Of a DNA stretch of 64,000 nucleotides, positions 59,752 to 64,000 are shown piece by piece (position 1 is the first letter of the stretch; every line of letters begins with the position of its first letter). This stretch comes from Mobula hypostoma (Eukaryota). The notes under the pieces were generated by a model. The model was not told the DNA's origin. It did not search any database and worked only from the letters and a program-made list of their open reading frames with translations. The stretch spans positions 21,516,001 through 21,580,000 of the forward strand of contig NC_086109.1 of NCBI RefSeq assembly GCF_963921235.1, in the 5' to 3' direction. Both the position numbers and the translations under genes were made by a program.

Positions 59752-60630
59752 ATCAGAATATCAGAATCAGGTTTAATATCACCGGCATAGGTTGTGAAAT
59801 TTGCTAACTTTATGGCAGCAGTACAATGAAATACATGATAAATAAATATAGAGAAAACTACTGATTTACAGTAAGTATATTTATGTCTATTAAATAGTTA
59901 AGTTAAAATAGGCAGTGCAAACAAAACAAAAAAGAAACAGAAATTTAAAAAAAAGTAGTGAGGTAGTGTTCATGGGTTCAATGTCCATTCAGAAATCATA
60001 TGACAGAGGGGAATAAACTGTTCCTGAATTGTTGAGTGTGTGCCTTCTGGCTTCTGTACCTCCTTTCTGATGTTTAATAATGAGAAGAGGGCATGTCCTG
60101 GGTGGTGGGGGCCCTTAATGATGAATGCCGCCTTTCTGAGGCACCATTCCTTGGATACTATGAAGGCTGGTACCCAAGATGGAGCTGACTAATTTTATAA
60201 CTTTCTGTAGCTTCTTTCGGTCCTACGCAGTAGTAACCCCTCCTCCATACCAGACAGTGATAAAGCCTGTCAGAATGCTCTCAGGTACATCTGTAAAAGT
60301 TTTCAAGTGCTTTAGGTGACAAACTAAATCTCCTCAAAGTCCTAATGAAATATAGTCACTGTCTTACTTACTAACTGCATCAATATGCTGGGACTAGGTT
60401 AGATCATCAGAGATCTTGACACCCAGGAATTTGAAACCTCACTCTTTCCACTTCTGATCCCTCTATTAAGGTTGGTTCATATTCCCTCGACTTACTCTTC
60501 CTGAAGTCCACAATCAGCTTTTTGGTATTATTGACGTTGAGTGCAAGATTGTTGCAGTGACACCACTCATCTAGCTGGAATATCTTACTCCTGTACGCCC
60601 TCTCATGTCTATCTGAGATTCTACCAGCTA
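59752..60630 (-). mobile_element. Rex1/Babar LINE 3' fragment
   Basis: (ttctga)n tail on minus; reverse-complement homology to 1980-2300. Confidence 0.75.
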
Positions 60631-60921
60631 TTGATCTCTATGCCTAAATTCAGCAGAGTTTTGTGTTGAAGATCTTGCGTCAGAATTGGAAGGAGACAAA
60701 ACAAACTGCTTACACTGCAGAGAGGGGGATGAAACTGAAAGGGGAAGAAGTTGTCATCTAGGTTGTCTGGTCACTGAGTGAACGGGATCTTTAGAGAGTA
60801 CGATCAAAGACAAAAGGATGTAAAGGTTGCAAAATGTAGAGCAGGAAGATGTGTTCGGCAGGTAAGGCTGGGAATGTCCTCCATTGCCAGAAGAAGAAAA
60901 GAAAAATTTAAGAAGTGTACA

Positions 60922-61430
60922 TTGAACATAGAACGTAAAACACTACAGCACAGTACAGGTGCCTTGACCATGATGTTGTGCTAATCTTATCACCTACTCT
61001 AAGCTCAATCCCTCCTACATAGACTTTCATTTCTCTATCATTTATGTGCCCATCTGAGGGTTTCTTAAATGTTCCCAATGCATCTGCCTCTATCACCACC
61101 TCTGCTGAGGGCACTCACCATTCTCTGTAAAAAAATTACCTCTGACGTCCCTTCTGTGCTTTTTTTCAACACCTTAAAGTTATGAACCAACATATTTTCA
61201 CCTTGGGAAGATGTTCCTGGCTGCCTCTTATCATCTTGTACACCTCTATCAAGTCATCTCTCATCCTCTAACATTTCAAAGCGAAAACTATCTTTGTAGA
61301 CTCTTTTAACCTATCTTCATACGACATGCCGTCTAATCCAAGCAGCATCCTGGTAAATCTTCTCTAAAGCTTCCACATCCTTCTTATAATGAGGTGACTA
61401 GAACTGAACACAATTTTCAAAGCGTACTTC
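60922..61430 (-). mobile_element. CR1 3' fragment
   Basis: (gttctat)n tail on minus; ORF 60908..61114 MPSAEVVIEADALGTFKK. Confidence 0.7.
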
Positions 61431-63556
61431 CTTCGGAGCACAAAACAGATGCAGTCATTTGGAGTACAACACTGAAGCAAAGCTACCCTGTTAGAGATAC
61501 TGCATTTTGGGTGAAACGTTATACGAAAGTGTATCTCACAACTCAGATGGATGCAAAAGATCCTGTGGCTCTGCTTCCGCGAAGATTGAAGGTGTCTCAG
61601 CTGATTCGCTGTCCAAAACCAACTCCTAAAGGGAGACCAGCTGGTCAAATATCACAATGCTTTTCATAGGGTCAGATTGTCCGCAAATTAGCTGCCACAT
61701 TCAGTACAGCATCTCAGAAAAAAACCCTCACTGGCCTTAAATACTTTGATACATACTGAGAACGTGAAAGTTGTATAATTGTAAGTTCTTCCTTTTGTTG
61801 TTTTGTCTGAGCTTTTCTGTATCTCAATCAATGACCAATTAAGACATGAGGAGCAAGATGGTGGATAAGATGTTATCAGATGGGATTTCTGGCAATTCAA
61901 TAATAAGCTCCCCAATATGTTTAATTATCTCGTACAGGCTACAACATGTTACAAGAATAAGATATATATTTCATTGCCAGCACGGCCAGCTTGCATCTCA
62001 TCAAAGACAGCTACATGGAGATTACTGTCAGTGCTAATTAGTTGTTAACATTTAAGATTTGCATAGTGTTCCTTTGCCCACTCTTTAAACAGACACATTA
62101 TTTCTGCACTAAATAAGATTTGATGCCTTCATCTAAGAAACAGATGGAGGAACAGCAATCATATATAAAGAATTATGAGTGGCATAGATAGAGAGGATAG
62201 TTAGGGTCTCTTTCCCAGGCTGTAAATATCAAATACCAGAGCACAGAGCTTGAAGGTAAGAGGGGGAAAGGTTAAAGGAGGGTAAAGCAAGTTTTTTTTT
62301 AGGTAGGTGTCTGGAATATGGTGCTACAGGAAGTGATGGAAGCAGATTTGATCATTTTTAAGTGACATTTGGACAGGCACATGAACAAACAGGGAATGGA
62401 AGGATCTCGGCCGTGTGCAGACTGATCTGCCATTTATACTGGCACCGATATCGTGGGCTGAAAGGCCTGCTCCGGATATGTACTGTTCTGTGTTCTACAT
62501 TCTACATATTATCAAGCAGAAACATAATTACCTCCGGCTGGCAATTCTGCAGCAAACTGCAGTAATATCCCCTCCACAAGTCAGCTCGCCTCTTGACTCC
62601 TGCTCCTAGGCATTGACGTGTGTTAAGTCGGAGATGCCCATGAGGCCCAATGGCTTCACTGCCAGTGGACGCTTCACTGAATCCAGAGTGGAGCACAGAG
62701 TTAAGAGACAATATACAGTTTGCACCCTTCCCGCAAGCTTGAAATCAATCAGACATGGCATAAGTAGATTGACGCCAATGGGTCTCTGATCTTCATTAAA
62801 ATGCTGAATGTGCGTAGGTGGTTCATTAATTTTTCTTTGTTCTATTTTTTTCCTTAATATTAAATTAATTTGTAGTAGTTTGAGACATTTTAAAGTACTT
62901 TTATCATCAGAGGCACTCAAAAATAGTTCAAAGGCATTTATTATGATCTGTCACACTTCCAGCCAACTCCATTTTGCAGGCAATCGCAGCAGCCATAGCT
63001 CGAGGTCAGCTGGGACAGGAGAACTGCAAATGGCGCAGCTGTGGGAGAAACATATTGCCCATGGGGGCAAAAAAATCTGTACAGACAGTGTTACATACAG
63101 ATACATAGGATTTTCAGTATAAAAACAGGCCATTGAACACATTTGAAACTAAATGGCTAAGACTAGACTCTATCCTTCCATTTTCTTTAGCCTCTAGCCT
63201 CTGTCCAGCTTCCCCTTAAATATGCCTACCAATCACCTCAATCATTCATTGCACTATTAAATTCCACGGTGTGAACACTCTTTGGGGAAAGAGGTTTTGA
63301 TGTGCAGCTGCCTTGCATTGATGGAGTGCACTTCTGGCCCCTCAAGCTGAAAGTGTTATCTTTAAATTCACTATATCGTATTCCTTGATAATCTTGAAGA
63401 TCTCATTCACATCACCTCAAGGATCCCAGCTGTTTAGCCTTTCCTGAATGCTGTAATCTCTTTGTTCTGGTGTTGTTCCTGTTCATCTTTCTTTGCCACT
63501 TCCATAAGTAAAAACTATCGTAAGATTCTGAAATGAGCATTGAGCAAGGCTAAATA

Positions 63557-64000
63557 AGATTAGATTATGAGGACACTCAGTCCTCATTTATTGTCATTTA
63601 GAAATGCATGCATTAAAAAATGATACAACGTTCCTCCTGAATGATATCACAAGAAAACACAGGACAAACCAAGACTAAAACGGACAAAACCACATAATTA
63701 TAACATATAGTTACAACAGTGCAAAGCAATACCATAATTTGATAAAGAGCAGACCATGGGCACAGTAAAGAAAGTCTCAGAGTCCCGATAGACTCATCAT
63801 CTCACGCAGGCAGCAGAAGAGAAAAACTCTCCCATGAACCTCCAAGCCCCACCAACTTGCCGATGTAGCACCATTGGAAGCACCCGACCGCAGCAGACTC
63901 TGAGTCCGTCCGAAAACTTCGAGCCTCCGACAGAGCCTCTCCGAGCACCATCCTCTGCTGAGTGCTTCGACCCCCGCCCCGACCACCCAGCAACAAGCAA
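63557..64000 (-). mobile_element. Non-autonomous retroelement, copy 2 (runs off the window end)
   Basis: attagattatgag..tttattgtcatttagaaatg..accacataattataacatatagttaca shared with 40739-41428. Confidence 0.75.

Overview
Eukaryotic (vertebrate) non-coding DNA, mostly transposable-element derived. The repeat set suggests a cartilaginous fish such as a ray (inference): CR1 LINEs with an esterase-type ORF1, V-SINE/HE1-like tRNA SINEs, Rex1/Babar fragments and abundant Penelope pLTR derivatives. I recognise no host protein-coding exon, rRNA, true tRNA or CRISPR array, so this is probably a large intron or gene desert. Main elements: a near-complete but disrupted CR1 LINE (6050-9167); an internally deleted RTE LINE (9458-11847); a second CR1 5' half (about 22010-24450, minus); a full-length decayed Tc1 (29934-31538); a young full-length Gypsy (Mag-like) LTR retrotransposon (35919-40315, minus, GGGCC TSD); and an older Gypsy (42723-48756) containing a Penelope element with a minimal hammerhead ribozyme motif plus several other nested insertions. 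The most unusual observation is in the young Gypsy. Where a tRNA primer-binding site is expected, it has a 14-nt perfect complement of the poly(A)-signal region of its own LTR, a candidate self-priming and poly(A)-masking hairpin. Its RT motif also reads YLDN rather than YxDD. Other leads are a recurrent three-TIR architecture in three Tc1/mariner MITE families, a candidate recursive splice site and several enhancer-like unique islands. Boundaries were read by eye; those without a quoted TSD or TIR are approximate.
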